Shown here: piece by piece, positions 51,779 to 64,000 of the stretch
Numbering within the stretch: the first letter of the stretch is position 1
Layout of the letters: every line of letters starts with the position of its first letter
Assembly: GCF_963921235.1 (NCBI RefSeq)
Contig: NC_086107.1
Coordinates: 99,140,001-99,204,000 of the forward strand
Reading direction: 5' to 3'
Source of the DNA: Mobula hypostoma
Taxonomy: Eukaryota
Length of the DNA stretch: 64,000 nt
Made by a program: the position numbers and the translations under genes
Notes under the pieces: generated by a model
Seen by the model: the letters and a program-made list of their open reading frames with translations, nothing else
What the model was told of the DNA's origin: nothing
Database searches by the model: none

Positions 51779-53130
51779 TTATTCATCTCCATAGATGTTG
51801 CCTGGCCTGCTGAGTTCCTCCAGCATTTTGTGTGTGTTGCGTGGATTTCCAGCGTCTGCAGATTTTCTCTTGTTTGTGCATTTAGATAGATAGATAGATA
51901 TACTTTATTAATCCCGAGGGAAATTTGGTTTTGTTACAGCCGCACCAACTAAGAATAGAGCGTAAATATAGCAATACAAAAACCCCCAACAATCAAACAA
52001 CAAAATGCAAACTATGCCAGATGGAAAATAAGTCCAGGACCAGTTTATTGGCTCTATTTACCCTGTCTATAGCCCTCTTGATCTCGTATACTTCTGTCGG
52101 GTTACTCATCAATTGCCCATATTCCAGGAAATAAAAGTGCAAGTCTATGTAACCTCTCCTTGTAACTCGGGCCCCCAAGTGCAGGCAAAATCCTGGTACT
52201 CTTTCTAGTTTAATAACATCTCATAACAACATGAACAAAACTGTGCACAATACTCAAAGCACAGCCTCTCCAATGTCTTATGTAACTGCAATACAAGTTC
52301 TCAACTTCTATAATCAATATCCTGCGCCAAATGCCTTCTTCGCCATCTTATCAACCTGTGATGCCACTTTCAGCAAACTATTCACTTACACTCCTTGCTC
52401 CCTCTTTTCCCTAACACTCCTCACAGCTCTGTCTTTCTCTGTCTAAGTCGTACCTTGAATTGATCTCCAAAATGCACATATATCTTGACTGAAAGCCATT
52501 TGTCAATCCTCAGTCCAGTTACCTAGCTGATCAACATCCCCTGGTAACTTTTTGTGATGTTCTACAACACCACGTATTTTAGTATCGTCTGCTGACTTGC
52601 TACATCTGCTTTGTATGTTCACATCCAAATTGTTTATATAAGCTGCAAACAAAGGTCCCAGCACTGACCCCTGTGGCACACCACTAAACACAGGCCTCCA
52701 GTACAAGAAACAACCCTCGACTATCACACACAAAATTCTGGAGGAACTCAGCAGGCCAGACAGCATCTATGGAAATAGTAAACAGTTAATGCTTTGGGCC
52801 GAAACCCTTTGGCAGGATCACCTTCTGCTTCCTACCACTGAGTCGATCATGAATTTAATCCGCCTTCTACCTCACCTTCTAGACCAGCCTATCATGTCAA
52901 AGCCACATTTACTATCCTTTCTATTATAACATCCTCCTCACATTTTGTAATCATATCTTGGACCAATATTATCACACTTCCTCCTATCTCACAGCTTGCC
53001 TCAAATGCACACAAAGTGCTGGAGAAATTCAACTGGCCAGGCAGCATTTGTGGTGGGAAATAAACAGTCGACGTTTCAGGACGAGACCCTTTATCTGGGG
53101 TGAGGAAGTTGACATACAGCCTCTCATGCC

Positions 53131-53346
53131 TGCTGTGCAATAGTATTTCAGAAATATCTGAGTAATATTGTAAATATATTGTTTGATGAAGCATTTATTA
53201 CAGGTTATATGTAAAAGTATGTGAATGGCATACGTCATCACGTCACCATGTCATATGTGTGCGCCTCAGTAAAGTGAAACAAAGTAGACATGCATCATCC
53301 GGTATATTTTTCTTTCGATTAGTTTCTGGAGTTACAGCACATAACA
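53131..53346 (+). mobile_element. Short solo-LTR-like element (relative of 26753-26979)
   Basis: TG...AACA termini, near-TSD ATGCC/CTGCC, shared ATATATTGTTTGAT and ATATGTAAAA. Confidence 0.55.
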
Positions 53347-55479
53347 CTGCCCACCTCTAACCCATGTTTCAACAATGGACCCTGTGTCACACTGTGCCCT
53401 CAATTCACTCAATTTATTACTAAGATTCCTTGCATTAAATTAAACCAGTTAACCACTGCCAAAAGAACATTTCCTTTTCCTCCTCCTATTTTTTTTCTCT
53501 CTGTCTTCCAAACTCATTCTGCAGTTTCCTAGACTCCTTTACTAAACTCCCAATCTTCTATGTCTAGCTTTGGTCTTCCTTCTTCTGAAACTGCCCTGAG
53601 GTTCCCTGTCCCCTATCAAACAAGTCAATACCCTCCCCAATAGTACTAGCAAAACTCCCTCCAAGGTTCTCCATTGAACCTTCTAAAGCCAAAAATTATC
53701 CCAAGGAGCTTAAACAAATAAAAGGTGGCTCAGAACCTGGTAATACTAGGACCGGTGTTCAAAAGCTTGATCAAAGGTGAGAAGGAGACAGAGAGATTTA
53801 AGGAGTGATTATAGTTTAGGAAGTCAAGTAATGGTAAGACATATACACTGAATGGTTGTGCATGAGGGAGTATTGAGCAACAGAGGAACATTAGTGTCCC
53901 AGTCCATAGAACTTCGAAGGTGGTAGCATGGGAAGGTATGGTAGTGAAGAAGACGCCAGAATACTAGACTTCATTGGCTGAGGAGTAGCACATCAGAGCG
54001 AAGAAGTAATGGTACAACTTTACAACGCATTGCTGATATCACAGCTTGAATGCTGTAAGCTACTCCTGGTCTCCTTGCTATGGAAAGTACACGATCGTAC
54101 TGGAGAGGACACACAAGAGGTTCATCTGGACGTTTCCTATGTTGGAGCATTTTCAGTTCCGAAGGGAAGCTGGATGGGCTGAGCTTGGAGCGGAGGAGAC
54201 TGAGAAACCTTGTAAAGGTGTATAAAATTATGAGGGGCTGAGAGTGGACATAAGCATGAAACCTTTCCCCACAGCCGTGCGTCTTTCAGCAGGCAGCGAT
54301 AGGTTTGTTTAAGGTGAGGAGTCAGAGGCGTACGGGAGAGCTGAGGAAGAAATTTTCCACCCAGAAGGTGATTGGAACCGGGACCACGTGGCCTGAGAAG
54401 CTGATGTAGGCAGAGACCCTCGCAGCATTGAAGGAGTCTACAGTCCAGCAGTTGAATAGCTGAGGCGCTGAAGACGGTGAACCAGGTTCCACAACCCAAG
54501 AACCTCACTTTCAAGTACTCCACAACTTATGTTCTCAGTATTATTTTTTATTTATTCTGTTGTATTTCTTTCTTGAAAGAAACACCAGAAAATGAATCTC
54601 AGGGTTGTAGATGGTGACACAGACATACTTCGATAATAAATAAACTTAGAACTTTGAAGTTCCGGTAAATGGAATCAGTGTGGATAAATGCTCGCTGGTC
54701 AGCATGGATTTGATGGGCTGAAGGGCCTGTTTTGTCTTGCATGCGTCTATGAGTTCTGCAGCTCAAAGCCAACAGGCAGGTGGCTCAGCCCTCTGTGGCG
54801 GTGTGAAGCAAAGGGGAGGAGACGGGAGAGGCCAGATCCAGAGGAGGGCGGCTGTTCTCCCAGGGCCCTTGGACTGACTGAGATTACCCTAGGAAGCCAG
54901 GGAAACACCATCAAGGGCTGCCTGTTCCACTTGCACAATAGAGGGAGGAATGTAAGGCACACCATCAGACACAAGGCCTTGCCACTGGCTCAAAGTGTGC
55001 ATGACATATTAGTCTCACACAGGAAGGGAATTAAAGATGCACAAGATGGAAAAGGGGGATAATTGAGAAACTAATCTCACTGATGTCACAGTGGCATATG
55101 GAAGCTGTCAGATGTGAGAACCTTCATTACTGTTCAAAGCATTTTGCCGTGCTGTTACAATTGTGACTGTATCAGCCCAAGACTTAATGACGTGTAATCA
55201 TGACCTTACAAAGCCCAGCAGCGAGGAATAGAGTCCCAGCAATGGCATTGATTCTATCCCACAGCTAAATACAGAGGCAGAAGTTAAAAATAACCTTTTA
55301 CTGAAATGGAAACTTCTCTCTAAACTGGTCCTTTACACTTCTCTCACACATGCAAAGGGTGCCCGTCTCTGTCTGTATGTGTACTGCCCGTCTGTATGTC
55401 TGAGTACATATTGCACTGTGCCCATGAATGTGTGCATGACAGCAAAAACGTCCGTGTCTGAAAGATCGTAATCAAGAGA

Positions 55480-55638
55480 AGATCTGCAGATGCTGGAATT
55501 CCGAGCAACGCACACAAAATGCTGGAGGAACTCGGCAGGCCAGGCAGCATCTTCGGGCCGAAACTCCGACTGTACTTTTTCCCATAGGTGCTGCCTGGCC
55601 TGCTGAGATCCTCCAGCATTTTGTGTGTGTTGCTTGAA
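55480..55638. repeat. Palindromic Penelope-derived repeat pair
   Basis: GCAACGCACACAAAATGCTGGAGGAACTCGGCAGGCCAGGCAGCA facing TGCTGCCTGGCCTGCTGAGATCCTCCAGCATTTTGTGTGTGTTGC. Confidence 0.9.
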
Positions 55639-55667
55639 TGAAGGGTTATGTGTGTATGTGTGTATAT

Positions 55668-56533
55668 ATTAGGTACCTAATAAACTGGCCAATAAGTGTA
55701 TGTTCATTGTCTTCTGCTGCTGCAACACATCCACTTCAAGGTTTGGGATGTGTTGCATTCAGAGATGCTCTTCTGCACACCACTGATGTAACCTGTGGTT
55801 ATTTGAGTTACTGTCGCCTTCCCGTCAGCTTGAACCAGTCTGGCTATTCTGCTCCGACCTCTCTCATTAACAAGGTGTTTGCGCCCTCAGAAATGCTGCC
55901 CACTGCATGTGTTTTTTTTTTGTTTTTCGCACCATTCACTGTAAACTCCAGATACTGTTGTGCATGAAAAACCCAGGAGATCAGCAGTTTCTGAGACACT
56001 CAAACTACCCCATCTGGCACCAGCAATCATTCCACAGTCAAAGTCACTTCAATCACATTTCTGATGTTTGAAGTGACAACAGCTGAACCTCTTGACCATG
56101 TCTGCGTGCTTTTTTTTATGCATTGAGTTGCTGCCAAGTGATTGGCTGATTAGATATTTGCACTGACGAGCAGGGGTACATATAGGCATCTGTTAGTCTC
56201 ATGAGACCATGGATTTGCACCTTGGAAGGTTTCCAGGGTGCAGGCCTGGGCAAGGTTGTATGGAAGACCAGTAGTTGCCCATGCTACAAGTCTCCGCTCT
56301 CCACGCCACCGATGTTGTCCAAGGGAAGGGCATTAGGACCCACACAGCTTGGCACCGGTGTTGTCGCAGAGCAATGTGTAGTTAAGTGCCTTGCTCAAGG
56401 ACACAACACACTGCCTCAGCCAAGGCTCGAACTAGCGACCTTCAGATCACTAGACGAACGCCTTAATCATTTGGCCAGGCACCAGCACAACGAGCAGGGG
56501 TACAAATGTACCTAAAAAAGAGGCCACTGAGTA
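55668..56533. mobile_element. Tc1-type non-autonomous element interrupted by a SINE
   Basis: Right end GTACCTAAAAAAGAGGCCACTGAGTA and internal GTACCTAATAAACTGGCCA repeats. Confidence 0.65.
56181..56489 (-). mobile_element. tRNA-head SINE with RTE-type tail and perfect 15-bp TSD
   Basis: TSD ACGAGCAGGGGTACA at 56166-56180 and 56490-56504; AGTTCGAGCC B box; GTGTCCTTGAGCAAGGCACTTAAC core. Confidence 0.9.
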
Positions 56534-59297
56534 CATGTGTCTATGTGTGTGACTGTGTGTGCGCATGTGCATTTATACATTTGTGTGTCTGTGTGATGGT
56601 GGAACACAACTAAAATCTTCCAGTTATGGGATGAACAGAGTCACAGAGTACAGCACAGAAACAGGCCCTTCAGCCCATCTCATTCATGCTGAACAATGGT
56701 TGTATTAGTTGTGGAGCAGCTAAGTTACTGGACTAACAATTTAAGGACCTAGGTTCAAATCCCTCCACGACAGTGTGGAATTTAAATTCTGTGAAGAGTT
56801 GACCATATTTATCCGACCACAGAAACCACAGGATTGTTGTCAACTCCTTTGCTTTAGTAAGACAGACCCAGGAGACCACCGGAGGCTGAAATCTGGAGCA
56901 ACAGGCAATCTACTGGAGGAAATCAGTGGGCCGTGGAGTCAAAGAGCAATACAGCATGGATATAGGCCTTTCTGCCCATCAAGTCCATGCTGACCATGGT
57001 ACCCACCCAGCTAGTCCCAATTTCCTGTATTATCTCTCTAAGCCCCACATATCCATGTGCGTTTTAAATGATAGAGCGGTAGCTCTAAATGTTACCCCCT
57101 CAGGTAGCTTTTAAATCCTTCCCTCTCACCCTAAACCTGTGCCCTCCAGTCTTGGACACCCCTACCCTAGGGAATAGCCCGTACACATGTGCGTCTTATG
57201 TGTGTCTCTCATCAATTTAAATGTTTCTCTGAGGTCGTCCCTCATGTTCCTCTATTCCAAGGAACAAAAACCACGCCTGGCCAACCTTTTCCTGTAAGTC
57301 AAGCCCTTTATTGCGGCAACATCCTGATGAATCTTTGCAGTTTAACCTCGGGAAGCATCTGTGGGGGGAAAGGATTTAAAGGACCTGAACCAGGGCTTTA
57401 ACCTGAAATGTCGCCCATTCCTTTCCTGCCCCACCCCCACAGATGAGGCTTGACCCACTGATTTCCTCCAGCAGATTGTTTGTTGGTTCAGTAACAATCT
57501 ATGGTCCTTATCCTGTCTGGGCCCACAGACCCTTAGGCACCCTACGAAAAGGCCAGGCAAGCCACTTCCACTCACTTCAGACATTTCCTCTCTCCCCTCT
57601 TCCATATTTTCATATGACATCATCATTATGTGCTGTTTCATATGACATCATCATTATGTGCTGTGTTGTATAACCTGGGCGATCATAGTCTTATCCATGA
57701 CCATGATTGTTCTTGCCAAATTTTTCCACAGAAGTGGTTTGCCACTGCCTCCTTCTGGGCAGAGTCTTCACAAGATGGGTGACCCCAGCCATTACCAATA
57801 CTCTTCAGAGATTGTCTGCCTGGCGTCCGTGGTTGCATTACCAGGACTTGTGATGTGCACCGTCTGCTCATATGACCATCCACCGCCTGCTCCCATGGCT
57901 TCACGTGACCATGATGGCGGGGGTGGGGGGATCAGGAGGGGGGCAAACTGCAGGCTAGCGGAGGGAAGGAGGGCCTTACACCTCCTCAGGTGGAGACGTA
58001 TCTCCACACCACCACCCTTTCCATCAGGCAGAAGACACAAACTCCTGAGAACAACGACCACCAGGCTCATGGACAGTCTGTACCCTGCGGCCATAAGATT
58101 ATTCTATAGCTCCCTAGTGTGATAAATTGGACTCTTTACTTCACAATCTACCTCGTCGTGATCTTGCACCCTATTGCCTTCCTGTGCTGCGCTTTCTCTG
58201 CAGTTGCTACACTTTGTTCTGCATCTGTTATTACAACGCACTGTGTAACTTCACGAGGAATCCCACCCACCCTGCTCATGGACTGTTTGTCCCACTCCCA
58301 TCAGGGAGGAGGCTATGTAGCATCCACACCAGGACTACCAGACTCAAAAACATTTACTGTCTACAAACAGTAAGGAAACATCCCCCACCATCGCTGCTTT
58401 ATCATTTCACGTCGGTCACCTTTCGTACAGACACTCCTGTGCCTAGCATCACTTTATGGACAGACAATCAATTTGTGTATATAAGCTAACATATATCTTT
58501 ATGATAATTGTGTTTTTGTTATTGTGTTCTGTATCCTATAGTGTTCTTTTTGCTGCATTGGATCTGGAGTATAATTATTTCAATCTCCTTTACACTTGTG
58601 TAGTGGAACTGACATTAAACACTCTTGAAGCTCGAATCTTGATTGCTTTGATCTGTATGAACAGTGTGTAAGACAAGCTTTTCACTGTACCTTGGTACAT
58701 GAGACAAATATAAACCAGTTCCAAATCCCATCCAGTTGTAGGTGACTCATCAGACGTTTCTGAAGGGCAGTTAGGGGTGGTTAATGCCATTGACACAGAG
58801 ATTCCCGAATTATAGACTTAAAAGGTCATTGGAGGGAATTTACTTAAAGTGATAATAATCCCAAAAGAGGAAAAAAGACCAAGCAAAGTCCAATCCCAGA
58901 ATTTTAACAGAAATGGCTGCAGTAGTAGTGGATGATCAATGTTATCAATTTACACAACACAAGGACAGGCCACTCGGCCCTTTGAGGCCATGCTGACCAT
59001 CAAGTGCCCCCTTCCGCTAATATTACCACACTTGGAGTATCGTACTCAGCTCTGGTCGCCTCGTTATAGGAAGGATGCGGAAGCTTTAGAGAGGCTGCAG
59101 AGGAGATTGACCGGGTTGCTGCCTGGATTGGAGAGCATGTCTTATACGAAACGGTTGAGCAAGCTAGGGCTTTTCTCTTCGGAGTGAAGGAGGATGAGAC
59201 ATGACTTGATAGACATGGATAAGGTGATAAGAGGCATAGATAGACTGGAGATTTTCTCCAGAGTGACAATAGATAGTACAGGAGGGAATACTTTTTT

Positions 59298-59930
59298 TTA
59301 GATTATGAGGACACACAGTCCTCTTATTGTCATTTAGTAATGCATGCATTAAGAAATGATAGGATTTGTTCCTCCAAAATGATATCACAGAAACACAAGA
59401 CAAACTAAGACTAAAAATAACTGACAAAAACCACATAATTATAACATATAGTTACAACAGTGCAAGCAATACCGTAATTTGATAGAAGAACAGACCATGG
59501 GCACAGTAAAAAAAGTCTCAATGTCTCTCGGAAGTCCCATCATCTCATGCAGACGGTAGAAGGAAGAAAACTCTTCCTGCCATGAGCTTCCAGCGCCGCA
59601 GGCTTGCCAATGCAGCATCCTGGAAGCACCCGGCCCAAGCACCAAGCACCATCTCTGCCGAGCACTTCGACCCCGGCCCCAGCAACAGGCAATAGGCAAA
59701 GCCGAGGATTTGGGGCCTTCCCCTCCGGAGATTCTCGATCTCACAGTAGCAGCAGCAGTGAAGCGGGCATTTCAGAAGTTTCTCCAGATGTTCCTCCGTG
59801 CTTCTCATGGCTGTCTCCATGAAATCAGAATTGTGCACGGCATCCTACTTCACAAGTATGATATCAAATCGGAGCGGCCGCACCATGCGCGCTGCATCGC
59901 GTCGCGCCACCATCTTCTCCTCCCCCCTCC
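59298..59930 (-). mobile_element. Retroposon family A, copy 2, inserted in a CR1 3' fragment (59020-60195)
   Basis: Homology to 804-1487; ACTTT on both flanks is a possible TSD. Confidence 0.85.
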
Positions 59931-60602
59931 AACTTTAAGCTGATTGGAGGAAAGTATAGGGGTAGTTTATTACTTAGAGCGGGGTAATACATGGAAAGTC
60001 TGCACACTGCCAGAAGTGAAGGTGGAGGCAGATGCATTGAGGACATTTAGGAGACTCTCAGACGGGTGTGTGGATGAAGGAACAATGGAGGGGTATGAGG
60101 GAGGGAAGAGTTAGACTGATTTTGGAGTAGGTTAAAGGGTCAGCAGAACATTGTGGGCCCAAGGGCCTGTACTGTGCTGTTCTACATGTTCTATAACCTT
60201 ATTCTCATCAACGCCCCCCGATTCTAACACTCACCTACATGGTGGGGGCCTCTTATAGCAGCTAATTAATCAACCAAATCCACACGTCTTTGAGATGTGG
60301 GAGAAAACTGGAGGGCCCAGGAGAAAGTCACGTGATGACAGGGAGAACGTGCAAACTCCGCACGGTCAGCGCCGGAGGTCAGGGTTGAACCTGGGTGTCT
60401 GGAGCTGCTCTACCAACCGCAGCTTCTTCGTCCCAGTGCATCGCACCACCTTGTGTCTGATCTTCCGAAGATCCCTCGGTCCGTGAAAGGAACCAGCAGA
60501 GTGCAAAGAGATGAAAAGCTTGTGTCTGGAGAGGAGGATGACTGAAAACAGGAACTCTAGCCTTAGCCCAATGTCATTCCCGTCAAAAATGCTGGAATCC
60601 GT

Positions 60603-60865
60603 CTATTTATTTAGTTATTTAGTTAGTTAGTTAGTTAGTTAGAGATACAGTGCAGAGTAGGCCACTCCGGGCCTTTGAACCACGTCGCTCAGCAATCCCC
60701 CAAATTTCTTTTAATGCTAACCTATTCACGGTACAACTTATAATGACCAACTAACCTACCAACTGGTAGGTCTTTGGACTGTGGGAGGAAACCGGAGCAC
60801 CCGGAGCACCCGGAGCACCCGGAGGAAACCCACGTGGCCAGGGGGAGAACGTACAAACTCCTCAT
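60603..60865 (-). mobile_element. Truncated V-SINE with triplicated CCGGAGCAC and (TTAG)n tail
   Basis: Reverse complement of the V-domain. Confidence 0.8.
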
Positions 60866-61200
60866 ATGGATGTAATAGTTGGACATTTAAATCATTATCA
60901 CACGATTCCATAGCACCAACACAGGAGAAAGGGGAGGAGGCGAGGCACCCGAGGGAGGTGATGAATGGGGCGAGGAGAAGAGAAGGGGTGAGGGGGAATG
61001 GAAAAAGAGGGAAGGGGGAGGGCCGAGAAATGACCTGAAATCAAGGTGATGCGTCTACAGTCAAAGTCAAGTTTATTGTCATAGGCACAAGTGCATTGGA
61101 ACACTTGGTTGTAGTAGCCCAGGCACATGGCATCATTCGCAAAGAAAAAATGTAAACTAAACAGAAATTATGCAAACGTAAACAATAAAGAACATACTTA

Positions 61201-61716
61201 CAGCACTGTTCCAAAGTCTCTAAGCACATATACTGTATAGAGCCAAGGTGCCTAAGACTTTTGCACAGTACTGCCGCCTAAAACACAAAACAAATTTTCT
61301 GACATATGTGAGTGATGATAAACCTGATCCTGATATGGGTCTCTGTTGTGCACTGAGAGTGGGAAGGGACCAGGGAGAGGGGAATCATGGATGGGGAGAG
61401 GGGAGGGAGAGGGAAAGACCAGAGAGACATTCTGTAATGATCAATAAACCAATTGTTTGGAATCAAATGACCTTGCCTGGTGTCTCAGGACTGGGTGTGT
61501 CTGCACCCACACCACCCCCACCCCTGGCACTCCCTCTCTGCCACCTGACCTGCACCCCTCCCACGGCGCTCTCCCTCGCCATTCCCAACATCCTTTGCTC
61601 CCGCCAGATTTACAAAATTGGCTTCCACTCCATATTGATAAATATAGTATTGTACTGTGCAACGTTCTTAGGCACCCTATATATATATATGTGCTGAAGA
61701 CTTTTGCACAGTACTG
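61201..61716. mobile_element. Composite mini-MITE/core/mini-MITE element, copy 2 (inverted), TA-flanked
   Basis: Reverse-complement similarity to 29651-30171; TA at both outer ends. Confidence 0.75.
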
Positions 61717-62267
61717 TAGATTTAAAAAAAACAAAGTGCAGATTGGTTGAAGTGGCCATCCTGAGGTAGTGATTAGGATGGCACAAATAACTGAGGAATT
61801 GGGATTGTCATCCCTTCCTACAAAGGATCCAGGGAAATCTTGCTGCGTTTGTACCGGGCATGGTGAGACCACACCAGGAGCAGTGTAGTGGGTCTTTTGT
61901 CTAAGGGGGGATAGGGCAGCATTGGGGTGTGGGTGGAGAGTGATCAATAAGCTGATTCCTGCCTTATAAGAAAAGGGAGAGTAAACTGGGACTTCTCTCT
62001 CTGGGGATTCGAAGAATCAGTGGCGGTCTTGTTGAAGGATATGTGACTCTGGGGCTGGGGGCGGGGGCGTTGGGTAATTGATGGTGAGGGAGTGGATCCT
62101 GAGAGAATGTCCTCCTAGTGAGGGTTTGTAGAACAAGGGTATGGATTCAGAATGAAGTCACCCATTTGTACTGTAATCGGTCTATTATCGTCACATGTAC
62201 CAAGATACGATGAAAAGCATGTCCTGCAGGCTGTTCACACAGATCAGATCGCTACACAGTGCATCGA

Positions 62268-62913
62268 ATTAGATTAGATGATGAGGACACGCAGTCCTCG
62301 TTTATTGTCATTTAGTAATGCATGCATTAAAAAATGATACAATGTTCCTCCAGAGAGATATCACAAGAGACACAAGACAAACCAAGACTAAAACTGACAA
62401 AACCACATAGTTATAACATATAATTACAACAGTGCAAATCAATACCATAATTTGATAAAGAGCAGACCATAGCACAGTACCAATAGCCCCATCATCTCAC
62501 ACAGACAGTAGAAGGGAGAAACTCCCCCTGCCATGAACTTCCAAGCGCCGCAAACTTGCCGATGCATTGGAAGCACCCGACCGCAGCCGACTCTGAGTCC
62601 GTCCGAAAACTTCGAGCCTCCGACCAGCCCCTCCGACACTGAGCACCATCCTCTGCTGAGCGCTTCGACCTGCCCCGGCCGCCGAGCAACAGGCAAAGCC
62701 AAGGATTCGGGGCCTTCCCCTCCGGAGATTCTGGATCACACAGTAGCAGCGTCAGCGAAGCAGGCATTTCAGAAGTTTCACCAGATGTTCCTCCGTGCTC
62801 TCACATCCGTCTCCATCAAATTGGGATTGTGCACGGCACCCTACTTGACAGATTACAGATGTCATTCACCGGAGTGGCCGCTGCGCGCTGCGTCGCGTCG
62901 CCATCTTCTCCTC
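62268..62913 (-). mobile_element. Retroposon family A, copy 3
   Basis: Homology to 804-1487. Confidence 0.85.
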
Positions 62914-63267
62914 TATTAGAATAATAGAAACGGTAACAACGCAGAATAAAGTGTGACAGCTACAGAGAAAGTGCAGTGCTGGTAAATGATAAAGTGTGAG
63001 AGCGTAATGGGGTAGATCATGAGGTCAGGAGTCCAACCTTTCATACAAGTGGTCCATTCAGGAGGCTGGTAACCAGGGGGATAGAAGCAGTCCTGGAACC
63101 TGGTGGAAGGAGAACTTTCTCTCAGTGCGTGAAAGTTTGGAATTCTCCGCCCCAGAGAGTCATCAGATATATTTGAGGCTGGAAGAGATGTTTAGGGTGA
63201 TGGGGAGTTGGTGGGATCAGAGACCACAGTTGTATTGTAATGAGATGGTGACTGCCCTCCTGCTCAC

Positions 63268-63404
63268 AAGGCTCTCGGTCTTCCCTGGACCACAGTCAAA
63301 GATGATGGACTGGGTCTGGACAAGTTGCGTTGGAGAGTAGTGCCAGCTGACTGGGGCACTGGCCCACTCCCGTGGAGTAGTGGGAGCTGCCAATGTCCTC
63401 TCTT
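63268..63404 (-). pseudogene. Candidate exon, PTB N-terminus-like (..VSWHYSPTQLVQTQSIIFDCGPGKTESL)
   Basis: CCTCTGCCTTTGCTGCAG acceptor, CTT|GTGAGC donor, 137 nt open. WxxSPxxL...F...GxTE resembles the CED-6/GULP1-type PTB start by eye. Confidence 0.35.
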
Positions 63405-63567
63405 CTGCAGCAAAGGCAGAGGGAAAGCTTGGCGGAGGTGCTGGGAATGGCGAGGGGGAGTTTGGTAGGGTTAATAGGTGGCAGTTTGAGCACAGAGGTT
63501 GAAGAGCGAGAAACAGAGAAGCAAGCCGATCCCCTTCTCTCAGAAGGCCGGTGTGGTTTGGGGATAA

Positions 63568-64000
63568 AGGCTGATTTATACTTGTCTGTACTAGCTTACG
63601 CCACAGCCTACACAAGTGGGCTACGCCATTGTGAGCATTTATACTTGTGCGTTGGTGTGTCTGCGTCGCTCTGCAATTCACCGCCAAAACGCTAGTTGGT
63701 GGTGGGGTTTCTATGCCACTGAGTTGAGTTTCTTCGTGTTAAAACTCAACACGAAGAAACTCAAACTTCAAACAATATCGACTGTAACTGAAGGAGGGTG
63801 AATTTTCTGTGCTTGTCCGGCCTCTGAGAGACATGAACGAGGAAATGCATTGCAAATATTTTCGGATGTCGGCAGGTAGATTTGACGATTTGGTTCATCG
63901 TCTCCAACCATTTATTTTGCATCAGTGTACGCACAGTATACTCAGAGACCGGCAATCACCATTCGAGTTTTAGCTTCAGGTGGAAGTCAACAGGCTGTAG
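63568..64000 (+). mobile_element. PIF/Harbinger transposon left end with transposase fragment
   Basis: Begins AGGCTGATTTATACTT after TAA. From about 63790 encodes [12 protein letters not shown]...[17 protein letters not shown], then after a frameshift [10 protein letters not shown], which are HARBI1-family motifs. Confidence 0.85.

Overview
Repeat-saturated vertebrate DNA, most likely from a cartilaginous fish (inferred from HE1/V-SINE-like, HER1/CR1-like, Rex1/Babar and Penelope repeat families). No intact host protein-coding gene, rRNA, true tRNA or CRISPR array is supported. Most of the window is nested CR1, Rex1/Babar and Penelope retroelement fragments, tRNA-derived SINEs, solo LTRs, and hAT, Tc1 and Harbinger remnants. 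Three things stand out. (1) About 20 Penelope-derived terminal repeats carry a minimal hammerhead-ribozyme motif, one with an intact core at 8809-8844(-). (2) A chain of splice-site-bounded minus-strand segments in the unique DNA translates to peptides resembling a PTB domain followed by a RUN domain, with stops and a frameshift; it is a candidate decayed gene, judged by eye only. (3) A 47-nt inverted copy of one of those exons lies 2 kb upstream and could pair with it, placing an A:C mismatch on a Ser codon. Element boundaries are approximate unless TSDs are quoted.
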